DNA of 61,800 bases, counting the filler, from Chthonomonadaceae bacterium (lineage in GTDB: Bacteria; Armatimonadota; Chthonomonadetes; Chthonomonadales; Chthonomonadaceae): assembly GCA_035650735.1 (NCBI GenBank). It is 3 parts of 3 records of this genome, joined end to end, with 100 filler letters (N's around TTAATTAATTAA, not from the genome) between each part and the next. Parts side by side here need not be neighbours in the genome. Positions count along the whole stretch, not along the records: positions 25,016 to 45,596 come from DASRGZ010000072.1; positions 45,697 to 61,800 come from DASRGZ010000086.1; 1 more part is not named here. One strand, written 5' to 3'. The notes under the pieces are model-generated. The model was not told where the DNA came from, ran no database searches, and saw nothing but the letters and a program-made list of their open reading frames with translations. A program made the translations under genes and the position numbers. Below are positions 42,823 through 55,506 of the stretch, one piece after another (the first letter of the stretch is position 1; each line of letters starts with the position of its first letter).

Positions 42823-42839
42823 AAGCAGAAAAACCCTTT

Positions 42840-42991
42840 CAACAGGATTAACAGGATAATTCAGGATTAAACAGGATTTCTAAATCCTATCCAACCAACT
42901 GAGTGCCTCTTCCTTTGGACTTAGTTGACTGGAAGGCTTTTCTCTCTGGCCTTAATCCTGTAAATCCTGAGAAATCCTGTTAATCCTGTTG
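42840..42991. repeat. Inverted array of CAGGAT units between convergent genes
   Basis: 4x CAGGAT at 42841-42878 and 4x ATCCTG at 42954-42990; related unit at ~45453-45470. Confidence 0.75.
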
Positions 42992-43570
42992 AGATTTTGG
43001 CTTTTCTAGCCTGGCGAGCAGGGCAGCGCGGCGGCGCGCGAACTCGGCGTCGGGGATGGCGGGAACCGCGCCCTGCGTAGAGAGCGGGCGCTCCAGCGTG
43101 ATCCAGGACTTACAGCCGACGTATTCCGGGCGCATCGGCAGCGTGACCGGTTCCGGCAGGCGATAGACGCGCAGGAGGATCAGGTAGAGCGGGTCGTAGG
43201 GGTTGAAATCAAAGCGCTGTTTAACGTAGGTTGGGTTCCAGATGTGCTCACCGGCCAGCGCGTTGACCTGTTCTTCGTCCCGGGCGACCGTAATGGTATC
43301 CACGACGGCATAGACAGCGAGAGTGACCGTGTCGGGGTCGTGCGGCGCGGATTGGATGGCTTCCAGGCGCGATACGAATTCGGGCTGAAGCAGACTGGCA
43401 TTCTGATGCTCATAGGTGGGCAGGAGGAAGAATTCCGGGTCGTTGACGGTAAAGACGCCGCCTTCCTCGCGGATGCCGCCCTTGCGAATGAGCAGCGTCT
43501 GCCGCCCCTCGCCCATCGCCTTGCACGCCACCGCCCATTCCTTGAACGCGCGGTTGTGTTCCATCTTCAT
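42980..43570 (-). CDS. DUF1802 family protein
   Basis: AFKEWAVAC..M.EGRQTLLIRKGGIRE, PTYEHQ, YVGCKSW. Confidence 0.88.
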   Translation of the reverse strand: MKMEHNRAFKEWAVACKAMGEGRQTLLIRKGGIREEGGVFTVNDPEFFLLPTYEHQNASLLQPEFVSRLEAIQSAPHDPDTVTLAVYAVVDTITVARDEEQVNALAGEHIWNPTYVKQRFDFNPYDPLYLILLRVYRLPEPVTLPMRPEYVGCKSWITLERPLSTQGAVPAIPDAEFARRRAALLARLEKPKSQQD

Positions 43571-43750
43571 TCTCTTGCACCTCTCGGATGAACCGCTTTG
43601 CAGATACGGATCTGCGCGCCGCTCTGTTCCTCGGCTCGTCTGCGGCAAGGTTCCCACTTCAATTCTCCGAAACGAACCCCAATGCCTGCGCGTATGGAAG
43701 GTGGAAACACGCTTTGGGGGTGAAGGTATCCTCTCGAAGGGAGTTGGAGA

Positions 43751-45403
43751 ATGATACGCCTGCGAACCGTCGCGCTGATGATAGCCTTTCTGCTCTGGCT
43801 GATGCCTGCCGGGGCGCAGTTGCGCAGCCCGTTTGCCACTGACGACCCGCTGGCCCGAGAGATGGAGCGGAGCGATGTCTTTGTGGGCCGGACGCTGCGG
43901 GGCCAGATAGATGAGTCCGCACTACAGGCGTTAGCGCGCAGCGCGCCCGCCGATATGCCGGTCAAGATCGCGATCCTCTCTGCTTTGCCGGAAAGCGGCA
44001 GGCAGTACGGCAACGGCGCCAACTATACCCGCGCCCTGCATCACTATCTCGGCCTGGGTCGCGGCATCCTCCTGATCGCCACGCGCCGGGGCGTCTGGGC
44101 GGCGACCGACGCCCTTTCCGGCCAGCAGATCACGCCCATTCTACAGGCCAATGCGCCCTCCATCCAGCATGACCCAGTAGACGGGATACGCCGCACGGTA
44201 GACGCCCTGGAAGCGGCGGCGCAGGGCGGCGCGGCAGGCAGCGCCGCCGAAACGCCTTCCGGTCCGGTCAGAGAGCCGCAGCCGCGCCCGAGCGGCGGAG
44301 CCTGGATCTTCTGGGTGCTGGTGATCGGCGGCGGGATCATCGTCATTGTGCTGATCGCGCGGTCGGTAGCGGCAAAGCAGCGCGCCCTCCAGGAAGCCCG
44401 CGCGCCCGCGCAGCGGCTGCATGCGGAGATCGTCGAGGGCCTCTCCTATGCGGATAACTATCTCGACCTGCTGCCTCCCTCCGCCGAGGCGACGGCGGCG
44501 CGGCAGGCACGCCAGGAGGCGGCACAGCTATTGGATCAGGCCACCGCGCAGATACATCAAGCCAGCAACCCGGAAGACTACGGACGCGCCCAGGCGCTCT
44601 TAGAGCAGGCGCGCGATGCCGTCAACCGCTGCCGCCAGGCCATTGACCGGGCGACGGGCGGGACGGGAGTGGCGGTCGCCGTCGAGGGCACCGACTACAA
44701 GGCGACGCCCGCCACGAACACCGGCCAGCCCCGTTATGAGGCAGCGCCCATCGTGCCCGGCGTGCGCCCAGAGGACATCCCCGAGAACGAGCGCGCCGCC
44801 TGCTTCTTCTGCTCCCGCCCGATGCACCTCTCCGACCTGACGCCGGTGGACATCGTCATTAATGGGCAGCGGCGCAAGGTGCTGGCCTGCCCGGAAGATG
44901 TCGAGATTGTCAAGCATGGCGGAGCGCCTGCCGTGCGCACCGTCGAGGAGGACGGCCAGCGCGTTCCCTGGTACAGTTCCCGCCGCTACGATCCGTACCG
45001 CGACTATGAGCGGACGGGGCCGATCTTTGCCCCTGGCTACGGCGGTTACGACGGCTTCATGACGGGCCTGCTGCTCGGCTCGCTCCTCTCGCCGCCCGTT
45101 CCCGCGCCCTACCCGGTCTTTGTCGGGCCGTCCGGCGCAGCGACGAACGCGCCCGTCGAGGCTCCGGTCTTGACTCAGCCCGGCGATGTTGGCGATCAGA
45201 CCGGCGTGGGCTTTGGCGGCTTCTTCGGCCCGGACACTGCCCCCTCCGGCGGCAGCGACTTCGGGGATACCAGCGCCGACTTTGGAAACGCGGACTTTGG
45301 CGGCGGTGACAATGTCGGCGGCGTGGATTTCGGCGGGGGCGATAGCGATTTTGGTGGCGGCAGCGATTTCGGAGGCGGGGATTCCGGCAGCGACTTCAGT
45401 TAA
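43751..45403 (+). CDS. Secreted/membrane protein with TPM-like N-domain, TM helix, Cys motif and Gly/Asp-rich tail
   Basis: Signal peptide; TM WIFWVLVIGGGIIVIVLIA; CFFC...LAC; repeated GGSDFGG C-terminus. Confidence 0.7.
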   Translation: MIRLRTVALMIAFLLWLMPAGAQLRSPFATDDPLAREMERSDVFVGRTLRGQIDESALQALARSAPADMPVKIAILSALPESGRQYGNGANYTRALHHYLGLGRGILLIATRRGVWAATDALSGQQITPILQANAPSIQHDPVDGIRRTVDALEAAAQGGAAGSAAETPSGPVREPQPRPSGGAWIFWVLVIGGGIIVIVLIARSVAAKQRALQEARAPAQRLHAEIVEGLSYADNYLDLLPPSAEATAARQARQEAAQLLDQATAQIHQASNPEDYGRAQALLEQARDAVNRCRQAIDRATGGTGVAVAVEGTDYKATPATNTGQPRYEAAPIVPGVRPEDIPENERAACFFCSRPMHLSDLTPVDIVINGQRRKVLACPEDVEIVKHGGAPAVRTVEEDGQRVPWYSSRRYDPYRDYERTGPIFAPGYGGYDGFMTGLLLGSLLSPPVPAPYPVFVGPSGAATNAPVEAPVLTQPGDVGDQTGVGFGGFFGPDTAPSGGSDFGDTSADFGNADFGGGDNVGGVDFGGGDSDFGGGSDFGGGDSGSDFS

Positions 45404-45473
45404 AAATCCACAAAAGACACTGATTAAAGGCCAAAACAAAAACCTTAATTTAGACAGGATTAACGGGATTATT

Positions 45474-45596
45474 CACTACCGTACACTTTTTCTGTCGGGG
45501 CAAAGTCTCCGTATGCTCAACAGAACTGGAATAGGTAATCCTTCGTTGAGGCAATGCTCAATCCAGAGCAGCCCGATCTGAAAGAGGCTCAAATCG
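45474..45596 (-). mobile_element. Probable IS4-family element end at the contig edge
   Basis: Minus strand reads DLSLFQIGLLWIEHCLNEG (IS4-type transposase tail) followed by AAAAAGTGTACGGTAGTG; lies at a contig break. Confidence 0.45.
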
Positions 45597-45696
45597 NNNN
45601 NNNNNNNNNNNNNNNNNNNNNNNNNNNNNNNNNNNNNNNNTTAATTAATTAANNNNNNNNNNNNNNNNNNNNNNNNNNNNNNNNNNNNNNNNNNNN
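45597..45696. other. Artificial contig linker
   Basis: 100-nt N block with TTAATTAATTAA. Confidence 0.97.
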
Positions 45697-45994
45697 TGTC
45701 GGCGGGCAAGACATTGGCGGAGCCGTGGAACTGCGTCGCATGTACGTCCGACAGGATTTTCGGCGGCGTGGAATAGGCAGGGATCTTGTCAAGGCGCTCG
45801 TGGCGCATTGCGGGGCGCAGGGTGTCCCGGTTATCGAGTTGTGGACGGCGCGAGAGGGAGCAGGCCGCAAACTGTATGAGTCAATCGGTTTCCAGATGGT
45901 CGCAAACCCGGGAGAAGCGTTTGCCAACGTGGAAGCCGTCACCGGATATACGCCCGGCGAAGATGAGATTCGGATGCGCTTACAACTAGACTGA
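45697..45994 (+). CDS. GNAT acetyltransferase, 5' truncated by the gap
   Basis: ELRRMYV..DFRRRGIG, LYESIGF. Confidence 0.8.
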
Positions 45995-46093
45995 TTACCA
46001 GTCAGAGGTCGGTGTAGAGCAAAGCAAGTTTATTCTCCTGAGAAACAGGCCTTTTCAGGCCAGTCCTAACAGTGCTGAGATGGAGGAGAAGCC

Positions 46094-46819
46094 ATGTCCC
46101 CTAAATCCCTCTTCATTTGCGCCGCCCTGTTGGCCGTCACAGCCTCAGCGCAGGCGCAGGTTCATTTCCGTAATTTCCGCAATACGACCGGCTTGAACCT
46201 GATTGGCGGCACGACCGTAGTCGCTAACAAAATCCGCCTCGTCCCTGCCCGACGCGATAGCCGGGGAAACCTCTGGACGCAAAGGGCCTTCCCGGTGACA
46301 GGCGGCTTCCGCGTCTCCTTTGCGTTTCAGTATACGCATCAGGGCGGCAGCACGGACGGCAACGGCAATCCCGCAAACGACGGTCTGCTCTTCTACATCC
46401 AACCTGTCAGCAACGCCTTGCAGCAGGATATGGACGTCCCTTCCAAAAGCCTGCTCCTCTTCTTTGACGGCTACAAGAACTACGATACCGATGATGTCAG
46501 CAGCAGCCGTGTGGAAGTGCGGCTGAACACGAAACGCCTGGGCCAGACGGATGTGGAGCCGCTGGGCATTCGCTACCGGGAAGGCAAAGTCGTCCATGTC
46601 CGCCTGGAGTATGACGGCTGCCGCCTTGCCCTCTTTCTCGACAATAAGCCTGTCGTTACCTACTCCAACGTAGACCTGAGTGCTATCAGCCCGGGCTATG
46701 TCGGGTTTCACGGGATGGGCGGGGATGCCTACGCGGATGTGGATATACTCAACTTCCACTTCGAGTCATTACCCTCCCGATCCATCCTTCCGTCCGCCGT
46801 TGACGCTCGAAACCAGTGA
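46094..46819 (+). CDS. Secreted L-type (legume) lectin-domain protein
   Basis: GGAGGAG RBS; signal peptide; IRLVP...GNLW, FRVSFAFQ, DGLLFYIQ, GYVGF.G..G, DILNFHF. Confidence 0.7.
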   Translation: MSPKSLFICAALLAVTASAQAQVHFRNFRNTTGLNLIGGTTVVANKIRLVPARRDSRGNLWTQRAFPVTGGFRVSFAFQYTHQGGSTDGNGNPANDGLLFYIQPVSNALQQDMDVPSKSLLLFFDGYKNYDTDDVSSSRVEVRLNTKRLGQTDVEPLGIRYREGKVVHVRLEYDGCRLALFLDNKPVVTYSNVDLSAISPGYVGFHGMGGDAYADVDILNFHFESLPSRSILPSAVDARNQ

Positions 46820-47331
46820 GGAGGTAACGTTAATTCTGGCGTCGCGTCTTGGCTCTGTCGTCGGGTCGCATCAGGAGCTTGCCCATGTCGGAAGAGAATC
46901 ATTTGAGAGGGAATAATCAGCCCCCTACCATCCAATCGGTAGCGGCGAGCCTGACGGAGAAGGCTGCCAGCGATTTGATTGCTGTCGCGCAAGCCACGCC
47001 AGAGGACAAAGCAACGTGGCAACCCTTTGCCGATGTGCGCCCCATGCTGGAACAACTCGTCGAGTGCTGTCTGGCAAACAGGATGTGGACCAACATTCTG
47101 CAAACGCACGTTCACGCAGTCCTGCCGGAAGGGGTAGCAGCCCAGGCGTACAAAGAACTCGATACTATCGCCAAAGCCACAGCACACTTACAGGAAACCA
47201 GCCACCGACTTGCCGAAGTCATCCGAAATATACCGGATGCCGACTTGCCTGTTATCGTTCCCTTCCCCTGGAAACTAGAAGCCGGCAAGCCGCTTGCCGA
47301 GTGCTGTCTGCACCCCTACTGGAACATGAGC

Positions 47332-48728
47332 GTGCGCCGCGCTAGTTGACAGGGTATCGCTGCCAGAGGCAGCAGGAACTCGGAAGGACGTTCTTGGGTC
47401 AACCCGATAACCTGGCGTCGAAAGACAAAGGGGACAACAGCCTTCCGGTAAAGCGGGGAACGGAGAGAAGATGCTGAAACCGTGGCTCCGCAAGACCGGC
47501 GTGATAGGGCAAAGGCTGGATTGCTTGCAGTCCACTCTCCGGGGGGTTATGTCCAAACCCGTCGGCAGAGCATCTGAGGACGACGACACGCGTGCGGTGG
47601 CCCCAGGTTGATGGGCCGCACAATCGGTCATTGTATCCCCAACTTCGGCGAGTGTACCACCGAACAATGAGTTCGGGCAAGAGCGGCGTGGACTGCCTAA
47701 GTCAGGCTACACGCATCCTATCCACAAAACCCGGGCGCGCCTACGGGTCACGAGACCGAAACGGGTAAGGACGCCCAGACACGGGCCTCCCCAACCGGGT
47801 TCCCCAAAAGGAACCGGCGACAGAGTTCCCATAGTAGTCCGAGGGCGGGAAAGCCGTCTACAAGGCGAAGGGGAACAGGTAACTGCGCCCTCAAGATTGG
47901 GAGGCAGGCGAGATGCGAGACGCCGAAAACAGTTTGGGAGGTCCTCGGAGCTAGAGGCAAGCGAGGACTGCCACGGGAAGACCTTTACCGCCAACGGTTC
48001 ACCCCAACGTTGTACCTGCGGGCCTACGGTCGCATCTACTTCCTACAAACCAGGCGACCCGCGCGCAGATTGAGATGCAAACGTCGCATCTACTTCCTAC
48101 GGTCGCATCTACCCAAACGAGGGGGCCATGCCCCAAGGCACAACCGAGGAGACCGTGGATGGAATGTCCCTGGCGGCAGGAGTAATCCAGGTCTCGCGCC
48201 CCCTCGGACGGAACTGGGAAAACGGCTCCTTGCCGAGGAATGCGAAATCTGGGCGTCAACGGAACGGGTGGCAGTTCACCCTATCCGAAAACTGGCAGAT
48301 GGGAGGCGCAAGAATGGAAAGAACGTCCGATGTGGATGCAGAGTATGGCTGCACGGCGTCGGAAAACTCTGGTCTTAGGTCGAACCTGCCATGAGGACAT
48401 CCCCAGGGTAGGCCGATACGAAGGCGGAAACCGGAAGGAAGTTGCTGGAGAGCCGGGATGCCTAAGAGGTCGTCGCGGCGACGAAAGACGCGGGTGGTTT
48501 GCCTGGGCTGTCACCATCAAATCCAATCCGGGCGCTACGATGGACAGTCTTGACCCACGACTACTGGAGAGCCTCGTGACAAGGAAACTGTCAAGCGGGG
48601 TTGGGAGGGGGACGATTGGAAAAGTGCCGAAAGGTAACTCGCTGGTCGTCTACCCTACGTCAAGCACGGTTCGGAGGGGGCCGATGGAAAAGGAGCGGCA
48701 ATGCCACCTCGCCAGCGGCCTACCCAAT
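47332..48728 (+). mobile_element. Degenerate group II intron (IIA/ML-like) with internally deleted intron-encoded protein
   Basis: 5' GTGCG at 47332; 3' CTACCCAAT at 48728; frameshifted IEP relic from ATG 47913 (LYLRAYGRIY, ETVDGMSL) jumps to the HNH tail (IRKLAD, MAARRRKTLV...CHEDI); no RT core. Confidence 0.88.
48469..48658 (+). mobile_element. 5'-truncated second group II intron nested in domain V of the first
   Basis: Encodes SRRRKTRVVCLGCHHQIQSGRYDG*; own DV (GAGAGCCTCGTGAC..GAAA..GTCAAGCGGGGTT) and DVI ending CTACCCTAC; flanks rejoin as GAGAGCCGGGATGCCTAAGAG|GTCAAGCACGGTTCGGAGGGG. Confidence 0.75.
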
Positions 48729-48903
48729 TACCATTTGGGACAGATCAGTTATATTCAGACGTGTACGGCGATTGGGAAGAGCACTGCGATGCCGGGCCGT
48801 TCGGCGAGGCGCTAGGGAGTTCATAGCAACCGAAGTTATTTATCTCGATTAGGGCTTGACTAGCCGAATTTCGATGGGAGAAAGGGAAGGAGAGGAGGAA
48901 GCA

Positions 48904-49119
48904 ATGCAATTTACCGCTGTGTATATGGAAGTGCCAGAAGGATACATTGCGTTCGTAGAAGAGCTCCCCGGAGCGAACACGCAGGGCAGAACACTGGAAG
49001 AGGCCCGCGAAAACCTGAAGGAAGCCGTGCAACTGGTTCTTGAGGCCAATCGGGAGCTTGCGGAGAAGTCTATTCAGGGACAGAAGGTGACCAGAGAACC
49101 GTTCGAGCCAGCAGCATGA
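48904..49119 (+). CDS. hicB: HicB-family antitoxin
   Basis: GYIAFVEELPGANTQGRTLEEARENLKEA. Confidence 0.92.
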   Translation: MQFTAVYMEVPEGYIAFVEELPGANTQGRTLEEARENLKEAVQLVLEANRELAEKSIQGQKVTREPFEPAA

Positions 49120-49301
49120 AGCGTCGCGACCTCATTCGCCACCTGGAATCACACAACTGTTACCTGCTCCGTGAGGGAGGCAAACACAGCCTCTACGTCA
49201 ACCCCAGGGATAATACAACATCGACAGTGCCCCGGCACAATGAGATCAATGATTTCCTTGCCCGGAAGATTTGTCGGGACTTACATATCCCAGAGCCATA
49301 A
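49116..49301 (+). CDS. hicA: HicA-family toxin
   Basis: MKRRDLIRHL...REGGKHS...VPRHNEI; ATGA overlap with hicB. Confidence 0.92.
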   Translation: MKRRDLIRHLESHNCYLLREGGKHSLYVNPRDNTTSTVPRHNEINDFLARKICRDLHIPEP

Positions 49302-49373
49302 GGCTAAACGTGGCTGTACCCGACCATATCCCCCGCTGTGTTCTGCGTAAGCGTAATTTGGATTAAGCCGCGC

Positions 49374-50108
49374 CTACGGCTTAACCAGTTGCCGCCCGGT
49401 GCGGTCTAGGTAGTGCAGGCGCTCGCCCGGGCAGCGCGCCGCCAGGAACTCGTCTACCGCCTTCTTCGCTCCCGCCCAATCCCCGTAATCATCCAATTGA
49501 ATGATGCCTCCGGGACTGACCCGGTCGTAGAGAGTCTCCAGGCAGACCTTGACGCTCTCATACCAGTCGCCGTCAATATGGAGCACGGCAATGCGCTCGA
49601 TGGGCGTGACCGGCAGCGTCTCCTGAAACAGCCCCTTCACGAAGACCGTCTGCTCCAGCAGGCCGCAGGCGTCGAAGAGGCTCTGCACCTCCTCTAGCCC
49701 TGCCCGAAGCTGTCCGGTGAACTGGCTGGCGAACTCATAGTCCGGATCGTCCTGGGTGGGAGGGGGCAGCCCCTCGAAGGTGTCAAAGACCCAGAGCTTG
49801 CGGTGGCTGCCCCGCGCCTGGAGCGTCAGGCCCATCAGGGCCGCGCTGCCGCCCCGCGCCGTCCCGCACTCCACAATATCGCCGGGAATGTCGTGGGCGA
49901 GGACGTGATTGACCGCGCCATAGAGTCCCCGTAACCGCCGTTTGTTGCTCATTGTATAGGGCGCGACACGGCGATAGAACCGGGCAAACTCGCCCGGCAA
50001 GAGCGCGTCCTGCGCATCGGCCAGTCGTCCCGGAATGTCGAGCAGACGCCGGCGTATCCTGCTGCCCAGCGTGGGATAGGCGGTAAATTCGTGAACGCGG
50101 TTACTCAT
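49374..50108 (-). CDS. TylF/MycF/NovP-family O-methyltransferase
   Basis: GDIVECG..RGGS, FDTFEGLP, KGLFQETLP, LHIDGDWYES, DDYGDW.G.KKAVDEF. Confidence 0.9.
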   Translation of the reverse strand: MSNRVHEFTAYPTLGSRIRRRLLDIPGRLADAQDALLPGEFARFYRRVAPYTMSNKRRLRGLYGAVNHVLAHDIPGDIVECGTARGGSAALMGLTLQARGSHRKLWVFDTFEGLPPPTQDDPDYEFASQFTGQLRAGLEEVQSLFDACGLLEQTVFVKGLFQETLPVTPIERIAVLHIDGDWYESVKVCLETLYDRVSPGGIIQLDDYGDWAGAKKAVDEFLAARCPGERLHYLDRTGRQLVKP

Positions 50109-51192
50109 TCGTTCCTCCGGCGAGCAGCCGGCAGTAGACCTGCTCCGTGCCGCGCGCCATAGCCTGTAGACTGAATCTTTCCTGCTGCCGTTGGCGTCCC
50201 GCCGCGCCCATGCGCGCGCGCAAATCCGGATCGCGAACCAGCACATTCAAGGCTGCCGCCAGCACCGCCGCGTCCCGCTTCGGAACCACCAGGCCGCTCT
50301 CGCCATGCGCGACCAATTCCGCGTTGCCGCCGCTCTCGGTCACGACCATCGGCCTGCCCAGCGCCATCCCCTCCAGGATCGCCTGGCTGCACGCCTCCTC
50401 CCAGAGCGAGGGCTGCACCACCACGTCCAGCGCCGCCATCACTGCCTCGCTATCCCCCCGCCACCCCAGGAAACGGACGCGCTCCTGCAAGCCATTCTCG
50501 CGCACGGCCGCCTCCACCGCTGCCCTGTCCGGCCCTTCGCCGACCACCAGGCAGACGGCGCGCGGGTCCACCGCGCGCATCGCCTGAAGCAGATAGCGAT
50601 GGCCTTTCTCCGGTGCAATCCGCGATACAATGCCGATGAGCGCTGTCTCTGCCGGCAGATTCAGTTCTTCCCGCAGGCGAGCTGGCGCGATTTCGCGATC
50701 AGGAATGGGGACGGCGCCATGCACCCGCGTCACGCGCGCAGGCGCAATGCCGCCGGCAAGCAGCGCGTTGCGCACGGCATCCGAGACGGCCAGAATGTGG
50801 TCATAGAGGGCCGCGCCGTAGAGATAGCGCTTTAGCCCGCGCCAGGGCCGGACGACATGGCGCGTCAGCACGACGTTGCGCTGGCCGACGCGCCGCGCTG
50901 CCAGCGCCGGGATCAGATAGTCCACCGAGTAGTGCGTGTTGATGAGGTCGTACTGTCCCCGACGCAGCGCCCGCACGTAGGGGCTGAGCGCGCGTAAGTC
51001 ATGCTGACTCCGCACCCTGAGCGGTACCACGACAAAGCCGCGCTCCTGCGCCCGCTGCCAGACCCAGCTATCGGGCACGGCGGCGATCTCGACGCAATGC
51101 CCCCGCTCCCGCAGCCCGACCGCCAGATGGAGGATGAATTTTTCAATGCCGCCGCTGTCGTTTAAGGCGCTGGCAATCTGCAATATCTTCAT
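50101..51192 (-). CDS. Glycosyltransferase family 4
   Basis: GGIEK, RIAPEKG, PSLWEEAC..AILEGMALG.P. Confidence 0.9.
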   Translation of the reverse strand: MKILQIASALNDSGGIEKFILHLAVGLRERGHCVEIAAVPDSWVWQRAQERGFVVVPLRVRSQHDLRALSPYVRALRRGQYDLINTHYSVDYLIPALAARRVGQRNVVLTRHVVRPWRGLKRYLYGAALYDHILAVSDAVRNALLAGGIAPARVTRVHGAVPIPDREIAPARLREELNLPAETALIGIVSRIAPEKGHRYLLQAMRAVDPRAVCLVVGEGPDRAAVEAAVRENGLQERVRFLGWRGDSEAVMAALDVVVQPSLWEEACSQAILEGMALGRPMVVTESGGNAELVAHGESGLVVPKRDAAVLAAALNVLVRDPDLRARMGAAGRQRQQERFSLQAMARGTEQVYCRLLAGGTNE

Positions 51193-51354
51193 GGCTTGCT
51201 CCGGCTCTGGGCGTAGTTATATCCAATCCGGTGAATTTCTTCCCATATGCGCTGCACCTTGAGGTAGCCATACGATAAGTATTCCCTCGGACTTGATATT
51301 AGAACCCATCCCAAAGCGGCAACGCAGTGCAAAGACGGCCAGGGACGTTTGCTT

Positions 51355-52443
51355 TTATGCGGCGTCCACGCCGATTACCTCGGAGATATGGCCGACGCCA
51401 TCCCGCTCCATCAGGCGCAGCAGGCCCTGGTTAATGCGGCGGGGAAGGTAGGGGCCTTCGTAGATCAGGCCCGTATAGAGCTGGACGAGGGAGGCGCCTG
51501 CCCGAAGGCGCGCATAGGCGTCCTCGGCGGTGAAGATGCCTCCCACGCCGATGAGCGGCAGGCGGCCCTCCGTGCGCCGGTAGAGATAGCTGATGACCTC
51601 GGTGGCGCGCTCCCGCAGGGGCTTGCCGCTCAATCCCCCCGCCTGCTCCATGCCGGCAAACGCGCCCTCGCGGGCGATGGTGGTATTCGTGGCGATGATG
51701 CCCGCCAGTCCAAGCTCCAGCGCCACCTCCGCCACGTCGTCCATGTCGGCGTCGGCCATGTCGGGCGAAATCTTAACAAAAAGGGGCACGGGCCGCGTGC
51801 CGCGCTTGGTCGCCAGCCCCTGCGCCTCCGCCATCAGCGTGCCCAGCAGCGCCGTCAGCTTGCCGCGCTCCTGCCACTGGCGCAGCCCCGGCGTGTTGGG
51901 GGAGGAGACGTTGACGACGATGAAATCGGCCAGGCGCGACAGGCGGCGGAAACTGGTGCGGTAATCCTCTAGAACGGCCTCCTCGCCGCTGACGAGCTTG
52001 GTCTTGCCGATATTGATGCCTAGCGGCACCGGCAGTGGGCGCGACCGCCGCCGCATCTGGGCGATACGCTTTGCCACGACCTCCGAGCCCTCGCTGTTAA
52101 AGCCCAGGCGATTGATCAGCGCCCCCTGTTCCGGCACGCGAAACAGGCGCGGCTTGGGGTTGCCCGGCTGCGGCTGTGCCGTGACCGTCCCGACCTCCAC
52201 AAACCCAAACCCGAAGTGCGGCCAGATGGCGACCGCCCTGGCGTTCTTGTCACAGCCTGCCGCCAGGCCGACCGGATTGGGGAAACGGATGCCGGCCACC
52301 TCCGTCTGCAATTTAGCGTGCGTAAACACCCGGCGCACGGCGGGCAGGCGCGCGGCGGTGGCGAGCAACTCGATGGTGCGCTCATGGGCGGCTTCCGGAT
52401 CCTGAGCAAACAACAGGGGCCGCAGGGCACGGCGGTAGATCAT
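51355..52443 (-). CDS. pyrD: Quinone-dependent dihydroorotate dehydrogenase
   Basis: NPVGLAAG.DKN, QPGNPKPRLFR, INRLGFN, VNVSSPNTPGLR, GGLSG.PL. Confidence 0.95.
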   Translation of the reverse strand: MIYRRALRPLLFAQDPEAAHERTIELLATAARLPAVRRVFTHAKLQTEVAGIRFPNPVGLAAGCDKNARAVAIWPHFGFGFVEVGTVTAQPQPGNPKPRLFRVPEQGALINRLGFNSEGSEVVAKRIAQMRRRSRPLPVPLGINIGKTKLVSGEEAVLEDYRTSFRRLSRLADFIVVNVSSPNTPGLRQWQERGKLTALLGTLMAEAQGLATKRGTRPVPLFVKISPDMADADMDDVAEVALELGLAGIIATNTTIAREGAFAGMEQAGGLSGKPLRERATEVISYLYRRTEGRLPLIGVGGIFTAEDAYARLRAGASLVQLYTGLIYEGPYLPRRINQGLLRLMERDGVGHISEVIGVDAA

Positions 52444-52590
52444 GGTACCTCTCAGAATGGCTGGAACAGCCTTACAAACGGGAACAGTCTCACAAACCGG
52501 AAGGGACTTCCCTTTTTAGCAGGTGGATTCCTCCTGAGCGGACCTATTCCCCTTTGTTGCCAAAAAACGAGGAAAAACACGCGAAACGAC

Positions 52591-52622
52591 TTGACAATAA
52601 GGCACTAAAGTGGTATTATAAT
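52591..52622 (+). promoter_or_regulatory. Sigma70 promoter for clpB
   Basis: TTGACA-17 nt-TATTAT with TG extension; overlapping TATAAT at 52617. Confidence 0.6.
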
Positions 52623-52745
52623 GGCACACATATAAGGATAGACGTTCCCGCCGGCGCGGCAGCCGCAGCCAGTGCAATATTACCCTTCAAACATTGGAAC
52701 CGTAGCGCAGATGGGAACGACGTATACGCAGTGAGGTGAGTGATC

Positions 52746-55364
<2,619 letters not shown>

Positions 55365-55388
55365 CGCCAAATACGCCCAGTACAATGA

Positions 55389-55423
55389 GGGGACAGGAGT
55401 GCATTACTCCTGTCCCCTACTTT
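55389..55423 (+). terminator. clpB terminator
   Basis: GGGGACAGGAGT-GCATT-ACTCCTGTCCCC-TACTTT. Confidence 0.75.
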
Positions 55424-55506
55424 CCTTATGCCCGCTTTTTACCCGCTTGGCGTCGTAGAGCCGTCCTCACCTTGTCCCCTTCCTGCCCTTCTGATATAAT
55501 GCCCCT

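Larger units (their letters stand above)
46885..48826 (+). pseudogene. DinB/YfiT-family gene split by a group II intron (exon 1 46885-47331, exon 2 from 48729)
   Basis: Ligated exons read HPYWNMS|YHLGQISYIQT; a further 1-nt shift is needed to reach YGDWEEH...*(48826). Confidence 0.75.

Noticed and set aside
47913..48430. Active retroelement/DGR/retron
   Set aside because: No YADD-containing RT domain remains; only frameshifted N- and C-terminal IEP relics.
52591..52745. CIRCE/HrcA operator upstream of clpB
   Set aside because: Only GCAC half-site fragments; no TTAGCACTC-N9-GAGTGCTAA match.
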